From contig CAIKKG010000027.1 of the NCBI GenBank assembly GCA_903827975.1, positions 5,403 to 69,402 of the forward strand: DNA of 64,000 nt. Direction: 5' to 3'. Shown one piece after another: positions 1 to 8,591 of the stretch (its first letter is position 1; each line of letters begins with the position of its first letter). The translations under genes and the position numbers were made by a program. The DNA comes from an uncultured bacterium. Lineage in GTDB: Bacteria; Patescibacteriota; Minisyncoccia; UBA6257; GWB1-50-10. The notes under the pieces are model-generated. The model saw nothing but the letters and a program-made list of their open reading frames with translations, did no database searches and was not told the DNA's origin.

Positions 1-75
1 GGAAGACATCCTTAAAAACCAAGAGTCATCGTTTACTGGTATAATTAAAATAGATTTTTAGTTCAATAAAATATA

Positions 76-1359
76 ATGTTAAATCCAATTCTGAAATATA
101 TGCATTCTAATTCCCGAAGGAGAGCATTCTCACTTGTTGAATTATTAATAATAGTTCTTATTATGTCCGTATTAACGGTTACGGTTTTATCTGTTTTGAA
201 GCCAGCCGAACTTATTAAAGAAGCGCGAGATTCTACGCGGTTGTCTGACTTAGCAAACATAAACTCAGCGCTCGGAGTTTTCAGTGTTAGTACGCGAGGA
301 GTATTTTTGGGTAACCAGAATATCGTTTATGTTTCTATTCCTGATTCAACCTCAACTTGCGCAAATCTAGGATTACCAACACTTCCTACAGGATGGGATT
401 ATTCATGCTCACTAGAATCAAAATATAGAAACGTAGATGGAACTGGCTGGATACCCGCTAATTTTTCTAGCGCTCCGGCTGGCTCACCATTCGCAAGTCT
501 TCCTATCGATCCAGTAAATACAGTAAGCGGATCTTTTTATACCTACTCATTTAGTGGTGGAAAGTGGACACTAGCCACCGCAATGGAGGGAAAGAGAAAC
601 AGGCTTGGTGGAGAGACTGATAAGACGTCTACTGATAGCGGAGTTAACGTAAGTCTTTATGAGGTTGGTAGTAGCATCTCTCTTATCCCAATTGATTATG
701 GAGATAAATCACTTTTTGGCTTGTGGACATTTGATGATACCGGAAGCACTTCAGTTGGTGATTTTTCTGGCGGTAAGCATCTTGGTTTATTATCTCCAGA
801 AGATTTCCACGTTGTAGATGGGTGCCACAAAGGTAGTTGTATATCACATGATGGAACGAAAGATTATCTCAATCTTCCATTAAATTCTTATTTTGGTAAT
901 GATAATGCGTTCACGGTTTTTGCCTGGATTAACACTCCTTCAAATGGAACAGTATTCGGACTTACAAATAAACCACCAAATGGTTTTGGAGGTTGGGGCG
1001 CATCATTCTTGAGTGTTGGTGAAAATGTAATACACGGGTGGGTTTTTAATGGGGAGCAATTTGAAGTATCTAAAACAAGGATGAGTACAAGTATTTCTAA
1101 TGGTTGGCACCTTGTTGCTCTTACATATGATCCATCTGGCGAGGGAGCTGAGGCGATGTATGTTGATGGCGCACTTGTTGCAACAGCCATCGGAAAATAT
1201 AATGTACCACTAACACCAGTTGTCTGGACCACTTACGTTGCATACAATAAACCAATAAAAGTATCTAATTATATGAGTGGGCGTATGGATGACGTGCGAC
1301 TTTACACACGTGCACTTTCCGGAAGCGAGGTATTGGGTGTTTATAACGCAACAAGATAA
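76..1359 (+). CDS. prepilin-type N-terminal cleavage/methylation domain protein with C-terminal LamG/concanavalin-like domain (pseudopilin-like)
   Basis: N-terminus RRRAFSLVELLIIVLIMSVL resembles the type IV prepilin leader plus hydrophobic helix. C-terminus ...MDDVRLYTRALSGSEV resembles the end of LamG domains. Confidence 0.6.
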   Translation: MLNPILKYMHSNSRRRAFSLVELLIIVLIMSVLTVTVLSVLKPAELIKEARDSTRLSDLANINSALGVFSVSTRGVFLGNQNIVYVSIPDSTSTCANLGLPTLPTGWDYSCSLESKYRNVDGTGWIPANFSSAPAGSPFASLPIDPVNTVSGSFYTYSFSGGKWTLATAMEGKRNRLGGETDKTSTDSGVNVSLYEVGSSISLIPIDYGDKSLFGLWTFDDTGSTSVGDFSGGKHLGLLSPEDFHVVDGCHKGSCISHDGTKDYLNLPLNSYFGNDNAFTVFAWINTPSNGTVFGLTNKPPNGFGGWGASFLSVGENVIHGWVFNGEQFEVSKTRMSTSISNGWHLVALTYDPSGEGAEAMYVDGALVATAIGKYNVPLTPVVWTTYVAYNKPIKVSNYMSGRMDDVRLYTRALSGSEVLGVYNATR

Positions 1360-1393
1360 ATTTAGATTTTATTCAGTAATTTAACGAAAATAA

Positions 1394-1422
1394 TTGACAC
1401 GCATAATTTATGCGTGTTAATT
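1394..1422 (+). promoter_or_regulatory. sigma70-like promoter (TTGACA-N17-TTAATT) with a 21-bp perfect palindrome in the spacer
   Basis: TTGACA at 1394-1399 and TTAATT at 1417-1422. Palindrome acacgcataa-t-ttatgcgtgt spans 1397-1417. RBS aaaggag lies at 1441-1447 before the ATG at 1454. Confidence 0.5.
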
Positions 1423-1453
1423 TGTCTTTAGTACATATATAAAGGAGATTGAG

Positions 1454-1936
1454 ATGGACGCCAAAAAGATGAGGGACTCAATTTCAGCCGACGCTGATGC
1501 GTTGGTCGAAAAAATAAGAGCTTATTCACGAGCTCAAAAGGATTTATGGCAACTTGTTCCATGGCTTTCTTTACACGCATACGCGGGTATAGGGCGATCT
1601 GATGAGAAGGAATATGAAACCGCATTTCGAAATGGCGTGTGGATGATACACGCATCAATGAAGCCAGGACTTTTTGGTAGTTATATTATTGGTATTGATT
1701 GCGCAACAGGAGAGCCATGCAAAGGAACCCATTATTCTGAATTGGCTGATAGTGCCGAAATTTTGAAATGTGCACCATTCATTGAAGAGTTTGATGCTTT
1801 CGAAATTGTTTCACGGTTGAATGAAGAACATGTTTTATATCTTTCGCGTAATGGAGGAAAGAGAGAGCAGTTTTGTATTCAGACGGCCGATAGAATTGGA
1901 CTAAAGGAAGTGTTTACACGCAATGAAAAAAAATGA
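1454..1936 (+). CDS. hypothetical protein, paralog 1 of a tandem pair
   Basis: ORF with RBS. Shares the motifs VE.IRAYS..QK.LWQ.VP.L and (I/V)DCATG with the next gene. Confidence 0.6.
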   Translation: MDAKKMRDSISADADALVEKIRAYSRAQKDLWQLVPWLSLHAYAGIGRSDEKEYETAFRNGVWMIHASMKPGLFGSYIIGIDCATGEPCKGTHYSELADSAEILKCAPFIEEFDAFEIVSRLNEEHVLYLSRNGGKREQFCIQTADRIGLKEVFTRNEKK

Positions 1937-1950
1937 AATTAGTTTTTTTA

Positions 1951-1979
1951 AAACCCCCGCATAAAGCGGGGGATTTTTA
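1951..1979 (+). terminator. rho-independent terminator hairpin
   Basis: aaacccccgcataaagcgggggattttt. An almost identical copy occurs at 2587-2617. Confidence 0.6.
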
Positions 1980-2073
1980 TAACATCAAAAACTCGTCGGA
2001 TTGCGCACTTGCCATGTGTGTGTGTTTTGTGGTACTTTGCGGACAGTACAAAAGCCCAAAAGGAGGCTCGCAT

Positions 2074-2565
2074 ATGGATACTATGATTTTTGGTTTAAGC
2101 CTTAAAACGCTTAGTTCAAAAGTGGACGAGCTTGTAGAATTTATTCGCGCATATTCTCTGAAACAGAAAGAGTTATGGCAACAAGTTCCATATCTAGCAC
2201 TTCAAGTGGACAGCAGAAGTGGTTCCTCATACGAGTATTCACTTGCATATCAAAAAGGTTTTTGGAGAATTGAGTCCTCCATAATCATTAGCTATTATAG
2301 CGTTGTAGTTGATTGTGCAACCGGAAGATTGGTGTGTATGGCTAATACCTCAGAGGATGCTCGTGCAAGTGATCTTATTCGGTGCGCCGCTCGGCTCGAA
2401 GATCTTGATGCTAATGCGGTTTTGAATGAATTACGCAAAAAGGTACAAGAACCGCATTTTAAAGGATGTGATATTGTAAAAAGTGAGACGCGCAGAAAGA
2501 AAATACAACAAGGGCTGGATCTTAAAGAATTATATGTGCGGAATTGCACTCTGTCTCAGTTATAG
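2074..2565 (+). CDS. hypothetical protein, paralog 2 of a tandem pair. Start moved downstream of the terminator
   Basis: The six-frame ORF from 1933 reads through the terminator at 1951-1979. The ATG at 2074 follows the RBS aaaggagg and gives 163 aa, comparable to paralog 1 at 160 aa. Confidence 0.55.
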   Translation: MDTMIFGLSLKTLSSKVDELVEFIRAYSLKQKELWQQVPYLALQVDSRSGSSYEYSLAYQKGFWRIESSIIISYYSVVVDCATGRLVCMANTSEDARASDLIRCAARLEDLDANAVLNELRKKVQEPHFKGCDIVKSETRRKKIQQGLDLKELYVRNCTLSQL

Positions 2566-2586
2566 TTCTCTTCGGACTAGATATTT

Positions 2587-2617
2587 AAAACCCCCGCACA
2601 AAGCGGGGGATTTTTTA
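2587..2617. terminator. bidirectional terminator hairpin between convergent genes
   Basis: aaaacccccgcacaaagcgggggatttttt, flanked by A- and T-tracts. Confidence 0.6.
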
Positions 2618-3604
2618 TTTAGAAAGTCCTAATTTTCTTTTTACTGTCTCCATCTTTTTTTCAGCAATTTTTCTAGCGGTTTTATTTCCTTTTTCTAATA
2701 TAGTTTTCAACAAAGTTTTATTCTTTGAAAACTCCTTTTTCTTTTTTTGGAATTCGGTAAGTGATGAGATAACAACTTCAGCTAAGTCTCTTTTGAAATC
2801 AGCATACCCCTTGCCAATGTAGCGATTTACAATCATATCAATCTTTTCTCCACTCATTGCAGAGTAGAGCATTAAAAGATTTGCCATTGCGGGACGCGCC
2901 TCCTTGTCGTATCCAACTTCTCTCTCCGAATCAGTAACAGCGCTCATTATTTTCTTTCTTATTACTTCTGGTGAGTCATCCACAAAGACACATCCTGCTG
3001 GGCGCGACTTTGACATCTTCTTTGTTGGATCGTCGAGACTCATGAGACGTTCTACATTTGTCATGAGTGGTTTTGGTTCTGCAAACGTATTTCCAAATTT
3101 AGCATTGAACTTTCTTACTAGTGTTCTTGCAAGCTCAAGATGTTGAAGTTGGTCATGTCCAACTGGAACGAATTTTGCATCATAAATTAAAATATCAGAC
3201 GCCATTAGAACCGGATAATCAAATAATCCAACCATTCTTTTTTCCTGAATGTCTCCAGACTTATCTTTGAACTGCGTCATGCGCTCCAACTCGCCCATTG
3301 GGGTTAGTGTGTTAAGAACCCACATTAGTTCTGTGTGTGCTGGAATTGCAGACTGCTGGAATATAACGCATTTTTTGGGATCTAATCCCGCAGCAAGATA
3401 GTCGAGTGCCACATTCATAATCTGCTTTTGTTTTTCCTTCGGGTTGTACTCCTCGGTCATTGAGTGAAGGTCCGCCACGAAGAAGAAGCACTCGTACTTA
3501 CCTGAATTCTGAAGGGCCACAAAATTTTTTAGCGCGCCCAAATAATTTCCGAGATGAAGATTTCCCGTTGGTTGAATGCCTGATACAAGAACAGCCTTTT
3601 TCAT
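2615..3604 (-). CDS. trpS: tryptophan--tRNA ligase
   Basis: Class I aaRS motifs HLGN (HIGH-type) and KMSKS. Length 329 aa. Confidence 0.85.
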   Translation of the reverse strand: MKKAVLVSGIQPTGNLHLGNYLGALKNFVALQNSGKYECFFFVADLHSMTEEYNPKEKQKQIMNVALDYLAAGLDPKKCVIFQQSAIPAHTELMWVLNTLTPMGELERMTQFKDKSGDIQEKRMVGLFDYPVLMASDILIYDAKFVPVGHDQLQHLELARTLVRKFNAKFGNTFAEPKPLMTNVERLMSLDDPTKKMSKSRPAGCVFVDDSPEVIRKKIMSAVTDSEREVGYDKEARPAMANLLMLYSAMSGEKIDMIVNRYIGKGYADFKRDLAEVVISSLTEFQKKKKEFSKNKTLLKTILEKGNKTARKIAEKKMETVKRKLGLSK

Positions 3605-3678
3605 ATTTCTTAGTATAATGCGTTTTTTGTGATAAACAAAATCCCGCCTTCTACTAATAGTTGGCGGGATTAAGGTAT

Positions 3679-5577
3679 TTATATTTCTATAATAACCGGC
3701 AGTATCATTGGTCTTCGTTTCGTCTTGTTAAAGAGGAATAAACCAATCTGGTCGCGAATAAGAGTTTTTAAATAATCAGGGTCAAGATTTTCTCTATTTG
3801 GAATTCTTCCTATGATATTCCTGATTCTTTTCCTTACCTCTTCCAGTAATTCCTGATTCTCCTTCAGATAAATAAATCCGCGAGAAATAATATCAGGATT
3901 TTTTAGAATTTTTCCGTCCTGTTTAGCGAGTGTTGTTATTATGACAACCATACCTTCCTGTGAGAGGGTAATGCGATCGCGCAAAACAATCTCACCTACA
4001 TCACCGACGCCAAGTCCATCAACCATAACGTAAGCTGATTCAACCTGCTCGTCAGTTTTTATAACCTTATCTGAATATAGTTCAACGACATGACCATTAT
4101 CCGTTAGGATTGTATTTTCAGGTTTAAGTCCTATGGCCTCCTGTGCTGTTCTGGCATTTCTCCAACGCAAGAAATAATATCCATGCATAGGAATAAAGTG
4201 CTTAGGCTTAACAAGTTCTATAACAGCCCTTAATTCTCCCTGAGGTGCGTGACCGGATGAGTGAATGCTAAGCATCTTGTTGTGATAAACAAGAGCTCCC
4301 TGACGCGCAAAGTTATCGCGCAATGTCTGGACTCCGCGCTCATTTCCAGGAATTACTCCTGAAGACAAGACAACACTGTCACCTGACCTTAGTTTGATGT
4401 GCTTGTGTTCGCCGTTTGCGATGCGCATAAAGCTTCCGTTTGGTTCGCCTTGTGAGCCAGTGCAAAGGAGCATTAATTTATTGTCCTTGTGTTTGTGAAT
4501 TTCTTCGAGCGGAATGAATGTATCTTTTTTAAACTTAAGGTAGCCAAGGTTTTGAGCAATCTGCAGGTTCGTCTTCATTGAGAGTCCGCTTATTGCAACC
4601 TTTCTGCCTAGTTTTTCAGCAATCTTTATAATCTCACCCAATCTGTCTAAGAGTGATGAGAATGTTCCAACAAGAATGCGTCCTTCAGCGGCTGCAAAAA
4701 CTTTCTCAAGTTCTGCCTCAACAACGCGCTCAGACATTGATAATCCTGGCACCTCAGCATTTGTTGAATCAAGAAGAAGCGTGTGGATGCCTTCTTCTCC
4801 AACGCGCTTCCATGTTTCTATGCCAAGTGGTTTTCCGTCCGTATCATAATCAAATTTAAATTCTCCCGGGTGAACAACATTTCCTATTGGCGTTCGGAAA
4901 ATAATTCCTATTCCATCTGGAATGTTGTGAACCACATCAAAGAATGTTGCAGAAAAATATCTACCAAACTGATGAGTCTCTCCACCTTTAACAAGTTGGA
5001 ATCTCGGCTTTGGAGCGTTTGGAAAATCTTCCTGTCGTTTTAAAATAATTTCTTTTGATAAAAGAGTTGTGTAAATTGGTGGATTACCAAGCTTTTCCAT
5101 GATGTGGGGGATTGCTCCAATGTGATCATAGTGTGCGTGGGTAATAACCATCGCCTTAATTTTATTTCTGCTTTGTTCAAGATATGTGATGTTCGGAATT
5201 ATGTAGTCTACTCCGGGAGTATTTTCTTCTGGAAATCCAAGTCCGGCATCAATAATAATGATTTCATCTTTATACTCCATCATCATCATGTTGCGGCCGA
5301 TTTCTCCGAATCCGCCCAAAGCAATGAAGCGAAGTGGTTCTTCACCACTTACGTGTTTTGGTGCTGTGCGCTGTAAAACAGGCAATGCTGCGCGCGTAGG
5401 TCGTGGACGTGTGTTCCTATAACTCTCAGTCCTCCCACGTGAATGCGGGCGTGTTGCTGAGTGAGTATGAACTCCGTCGTGACTACCAGGCCTTGTTGTT
5501 GCCTTGGTATGCGTATGTGGACTTTTATGTTGATTTGTTGACCCGTGTTCTCGGGGTTTTTGTGGTTGTGTTACCAT
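3679..5577 (-). CDS. rnj: ribonuclease J (metallo-beta-lactamase/beta-CASP) with basic His/Thr/Arg-rich N-terminal extension
   Basis: HAHYDHIG motif, RNase J-like LGGFGEIGRN start region, beta-CASP region. The first roughly 85 aa are low-complexity basic sequence. Confidence 0.8.
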   Translation of the reverse strand: MVTQPQKPREHGSTNQHKSPHTHTKATTRPGSHDGVHTHSATRPHSRGRTESYRNTRPRPTRAALPVLQRTAPKHVSGEEPLRFIALGGFGEIGRNMMMMEYKDEIIIIDAGLGFPEENTPGVDYIIPNITYLEQSRNKIKAMVITHAHYDHIGAIPHIMEKLGNPPIYTTLLSKEIILKRQEDFPNAPKPRFQLVKGGETHQFGRYFSATFFDVVHNIPDGIGIIFRTPIGNVVHPGEFKFDYDTDGKPLGIETWKRVGEEGIHTLLLDSTNAEVPGLSMSERVVEAELEKVFAAAEGRILVGTFSSLLDRLGEIIKIAEKLGRKVAISGLSMKTNLQIAQNLGYLKFKKDTFIPLEEIHKHKDNKLMLLCTGSQGEPNGSFMRIANGEHKHIKLRSGDSVVLSSGVIPGNERGVQTLRDNFARQGALVYHNKMLSIHSSGHAPQGELRAVIELVKPKHFIPMHGYYFLRWRNARTAQEAIGLKPENTILTDNGHVVELYSDKVIKTDEQVESAYVMVDGLGVGDVGEIVLRDRITLSQEGMVVIITTLAKQDGKILKNPDIISRGFIYLKENQELLEEVRKRIRNIIGRIPNRENLDPDYLKTLIRDQIGLFLFNKTKRRPMILPVIIEI

Positions 5578-6013
5578 TTTTTTATTTACTTTTGTTACTA
5601 ATTTAGGATTTCCTTTCTTTAAAAACTGATTCTAAACTCATTAAACAAAAATTGTTTTAATTTATATTTTAGTTTGATCAATCAGAGAATGCGCGCTGTG
5701 CTTAACTTTCGATTCTGTATATTGTTCACATATACGCATCCCTAACTGAATGTATTAACCCAAATCACTTTAAGTAATTTTAGGTTTTAAAATTTATTGG
5801 ATTGTTATAGGTTTAATTTTACTTACTTATTTTTATATTTTTTGTTGTAACTTAATTAAATACAAATTCAATTCAATGTTGGCAGTGGCGGAGACTTTAT
5901 TCATGACTCTTGTTCGTCAATATGCCCTTTTCAAGTTTTCTCACTTTATGCCACCGCCTACAGCGGGGCACTGAATTTTGTATTCGCTCGCTGACTTGCG
6001 AACAAAATTCGTG

Positions 6014-6097
6014 TGGGCAGAGCGGGACTTGAACCCGCAAGCTCTTGCGAGCACAGCGACCTGAACGCTGCGTGTCTGCCAATTTCACCACCTGCCC
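6014..6097 (-). tRNA. tRNA-Leu(CAG), class II with long variable arm
   Basis: Minus-strand sequence GGGCAGG...GCGGGTTCAAGTCCCGCTCTGCCCA. Anticodon loop TTCAGGT. Acceptor GGGCAGG pairs with TCTGCCC. Confidence 0.7.
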
Positions 6098-6283
6098 TTC
6101 ATGTGTCAGACAACTAACAATAATCCAAGCTGAGCGGTTTTTAAAGCTCTCAATTCTTCCGAATGGCTTTGTGTTTGTGCACAAAACGACTAATCCCTGA
6201 ATCCAACTTGGTAGTCAGACTCAAGTAAAGGAGTAAAAGCTTGAGTTGACTATACACAACATACCCCGATTTGTCAATGTGAT

Positions 6284-7933
6284 TTATTTTAATATTCTGA
6301 CACTGGATAGATTCCACTCAGCTACATTTGTGAACCTGTCCTCTGGAGAGGTGATAGAGCCAGGATTAAAACCGTTTAAAAGAGAGGAGTGAACATAGAA
6401 ATATGGCATAGAGAATAAGAATGTTGCCGGAGCATCGTTCTTTAATATTGTCTCCACGCGCTCAAGATTCTTCTTTTGTGTTTCTGGGTCATTCTTCTGA
6501 CGAACTACTTCCATTAATCCATCTGCTTCTGTGTTTTGATATATGGAAAGATTTAATCCTGGGTAGAAGCGTTGTGATGAGTGCCAGAAAGGGAATAGGT
6601 CTGCAGGATTCTCATATACATTTCCAAATAAAAGCAACTCATAATTTCTAGTTTTTACATAATCATTCATTAATGTCGCTGTGTCGTCTTCCGTTATTGT
6701 TACTTCTGAAATACCAGAACTTAGCCAATCTTCTTTAATTTGCTCAGCAACTTTTTTCAAGAATGGGACCTTTGGTATTACAAGGTTTAGTTTTATTTCT
6801 TTATTTTTTAATCCCGCGATTAATCTGGATGCAACTTCTGGGTCATATGAAGGAATAGAATCGGTAGGCGTCCATTGAGGTATTACTTTTTCTGCTAGTG
6901 TTGTCTGTGGTTCAAAAGAAACAAGGTTTTTAAAGAGTGGTGAGTCCATTGAGGATACGTTTCCTTTAAATATCTCGCTTTTTATTTTTTCCTTATTGAT
7001 TGCCATTCCAAGCGCTACCCTAAGATTCTTATCTTTCAACTCAGGATTATTTATTGCGTTCATAAAAATCGCATAGTATCTTGGCATATCAACATTCTCA
7101 ATTTTTACGCGTGGTAGGCTTTGTGTTTCTGCACCAAGAGGTAATGAACTTCCAAAACCATCGATTCTACGAAGGCGTAGATCTTTTAATAAGTCCTCAG
7201 ATGATGAATAAAAATCAAACGCAAACTGCTCTATGTAAGGTTTTTGTCCCTCAAAATTCTCGTTAGTTATAAGTTTATACTCTGTTATGAATCCATCCTT
7301 TCTTTTTGAAAAAGCGGAAAATTTATAAGGTCCACTTCCAATCGGTTCGAGGTTATATTCAGAAAGCGAAATATTTTCTATTGGAATTGAGCCAAATATA
7401 TGTTTAGGAATTAAGCGCGTGTTTTTTAAATTTTTTGTGAAAAATACATAAGGTGAGGGGAGTATGAATTTAACTTGTAACTGACTTACGCGCTCCATCT
7501 CTACACCCTGCCAATCTTTAATAAGTGCCGAACGCGCGTCAGGATTTTGGATCGTTTGTATTGTAAAGATTATATCATCACTTGTAAGCGGTTCTTTATC
7601 ACTCCATACAAGGCCCTCTTTTAGTTTCACTGAGTACTCCCTCCCATCGTCTGAAATTTTCCAGTCTGAGATTAGTGATGTCATGTCAGAATATACAAGT
7701 GCTGATATATCTCTATCTGTCTGGTTTGATGAGAATATTGGATTTATCATGATTGGCTGCCCAACGACACCCTCCGTATATGAACCGCCACGCACAGGTG
7801 CTGAGGCGCCCTTCTCCTCAATTGTTTTTGCAATTGTTACAGTAAGCGCAAAAACAAAAATTGCGAATGCAATCGTAAGTGTTACGCGTTCTTTCTGGGA
7901 GATAGATTTCAATAATAGTTTTAGTGTTTGCAT
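6284..7933 (-). CDS. ABC transporter substrate-binding protein, family 5 (peptide/nickel type), membrane-anchored
   Basis: N-terminal TM segment. 549-aa extracellular solute-binding-like sequence. Confidence 0.5.
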   Translation of the reverse strand: MQTLKLLLKSISQKERVTLTIAFAIFVFALTVTIAKTIEEKGASAPVRGGSYTEGVVGQPIMINPIFSSNQTDRDISALVYSDMTSLISDWKISDDGREYSVKLKEGLVWSDKEPLTSDDIIFTIQTIQNPDARSALIKDWQGVEMERVSQLQVKFILPSPYVFFTKNLKNTRLIPKHIFGSIPIENISLSEYNLEPIGSGPYKFSAFSKRKDGFITEYKLITNENFEGQKPYIEQFAFDFYSSSEDLLKDLRLRRIDGFGSSLPLGAETQSLPRVKIENVDMPRYYAIFMNAINNPELKDKNLRVALGMAINKEKIKSEIFKGNVSSMDSPLFKNLVSFEPQTTLAEKVIPQWTPTDSIPSYDPEVASRLIAGLKNKEIKLNLVIPKVPFLKKVAEQIKEDWLSSGISEVTITEDDTATLMNDYVKTRNYELLLFGNVYENPADLFPFWHSSQRFYPGLNLSIYQNTEADGLMEVVRQKNDPETQKKNLERVETILKNDAPATFLFSMPYFYVHSSLLNGFNPGSITSPEDRFTNVAEWNLSSVRILK

Positions 7934-7989
7934 AAGCTGTCTCGCTTTATGGTATCAAAAATCCCCTCAAGGGGGAATATCTGATTTTT

Positions 7990-8208
7990 TTACTTTCCAA
8001 GTACTAGACTTGCAATAGCGAGCGCTCCAAAAGTAAACGCAATTGCGAGTGTCGCCCAATATATAACTTTCTCAAGTCCGCGGCGTGTCTGGTATGAAGA
8101 ACCAGCCCCACCTCCGAAAAGCCCACCAGTCCCCGCGGAGCGTTCCTGAATGAGGATTAACCCTATCAACGCAACAGACAATATCATTTGTGTAATTTGT
8201 AGTGCCAT
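7990..8208 (-). CDS. secG: preprotein translocase subunit SecG
   Basis: 72 aa, two TM segments, Gly-rich loop GTGGLFGGGAGSS typical of SecG. Confidence 0.7.
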   Translation of the reverse strand: MALQITQMILSVALIGLILIQERSAGTGGLFGGGAGSSYQTRRGLEKVIYWATLAIAFTFGALAIASLVLGK

Positions 8209-8212
8209 ATAA

Positions 8213-8584
8213 TTATTCTTCTTTATACATACTTCTACCTATTGGTCCTAGAACCATGGTGACAAATGTCACGATGAGTGTTCCGTAAACTAATGGAAGA
8301 GTCCCTTGGATTGTAAGCGCCTCCGAAAAAATGTCAAGAATATAAAGGGTCGCTGCGTTTACTACCAATGAAAAAAGACCAAGTGTTAAGAGAATTAAGG
8401 GAATCGAGAAAAAGGAAAGGATCGGCTTAATAAATGCATTAATAAGTGTGAGAATCGCTGCGGTTGTGAGCACTGCGACAATATTGTTTGTTTGGAATAA
8501 AAATCCACTAACAAAATAAGCAGCAACCCAGAGCGCGACTACATTTGAAAACGTATTGAATATAAATTTTCCTAAAAGTTTCAT
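8213..8584 (-). CDS. small 4-TM membrane protein (YvlD/phage-holin-4-like family)
   Basis: 123 aa with four hydrophobic segments. Confidence 0.45.
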   Translation of the reverse strand: MKLLGKFIFNTFSNVVALWVAAYFVSGFLFQTNNIVAVLTTAAILTLINAFIKPILSFFSIPLILLTLGLFSLVVNAATLYILDIFSEALTIQGTLPLVYGTLIVTFVTMVLGPIGRSMYKEE

Positions 8585-8591
8585 TTGTTAA

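Noticed and set aside
1933-2073. N-terminal 47 codons of the six-frame ORF 1933-2565
   Set aside because: They would translate through the intrinsic terminator hairpin at 1951-1979. An RBS-supported ATG at 2074 gives a protein collinear with its paralog.
5897-6184. 95-aa ORF
   Set aside because: It overlaps tRNA-Leu on the same strand.
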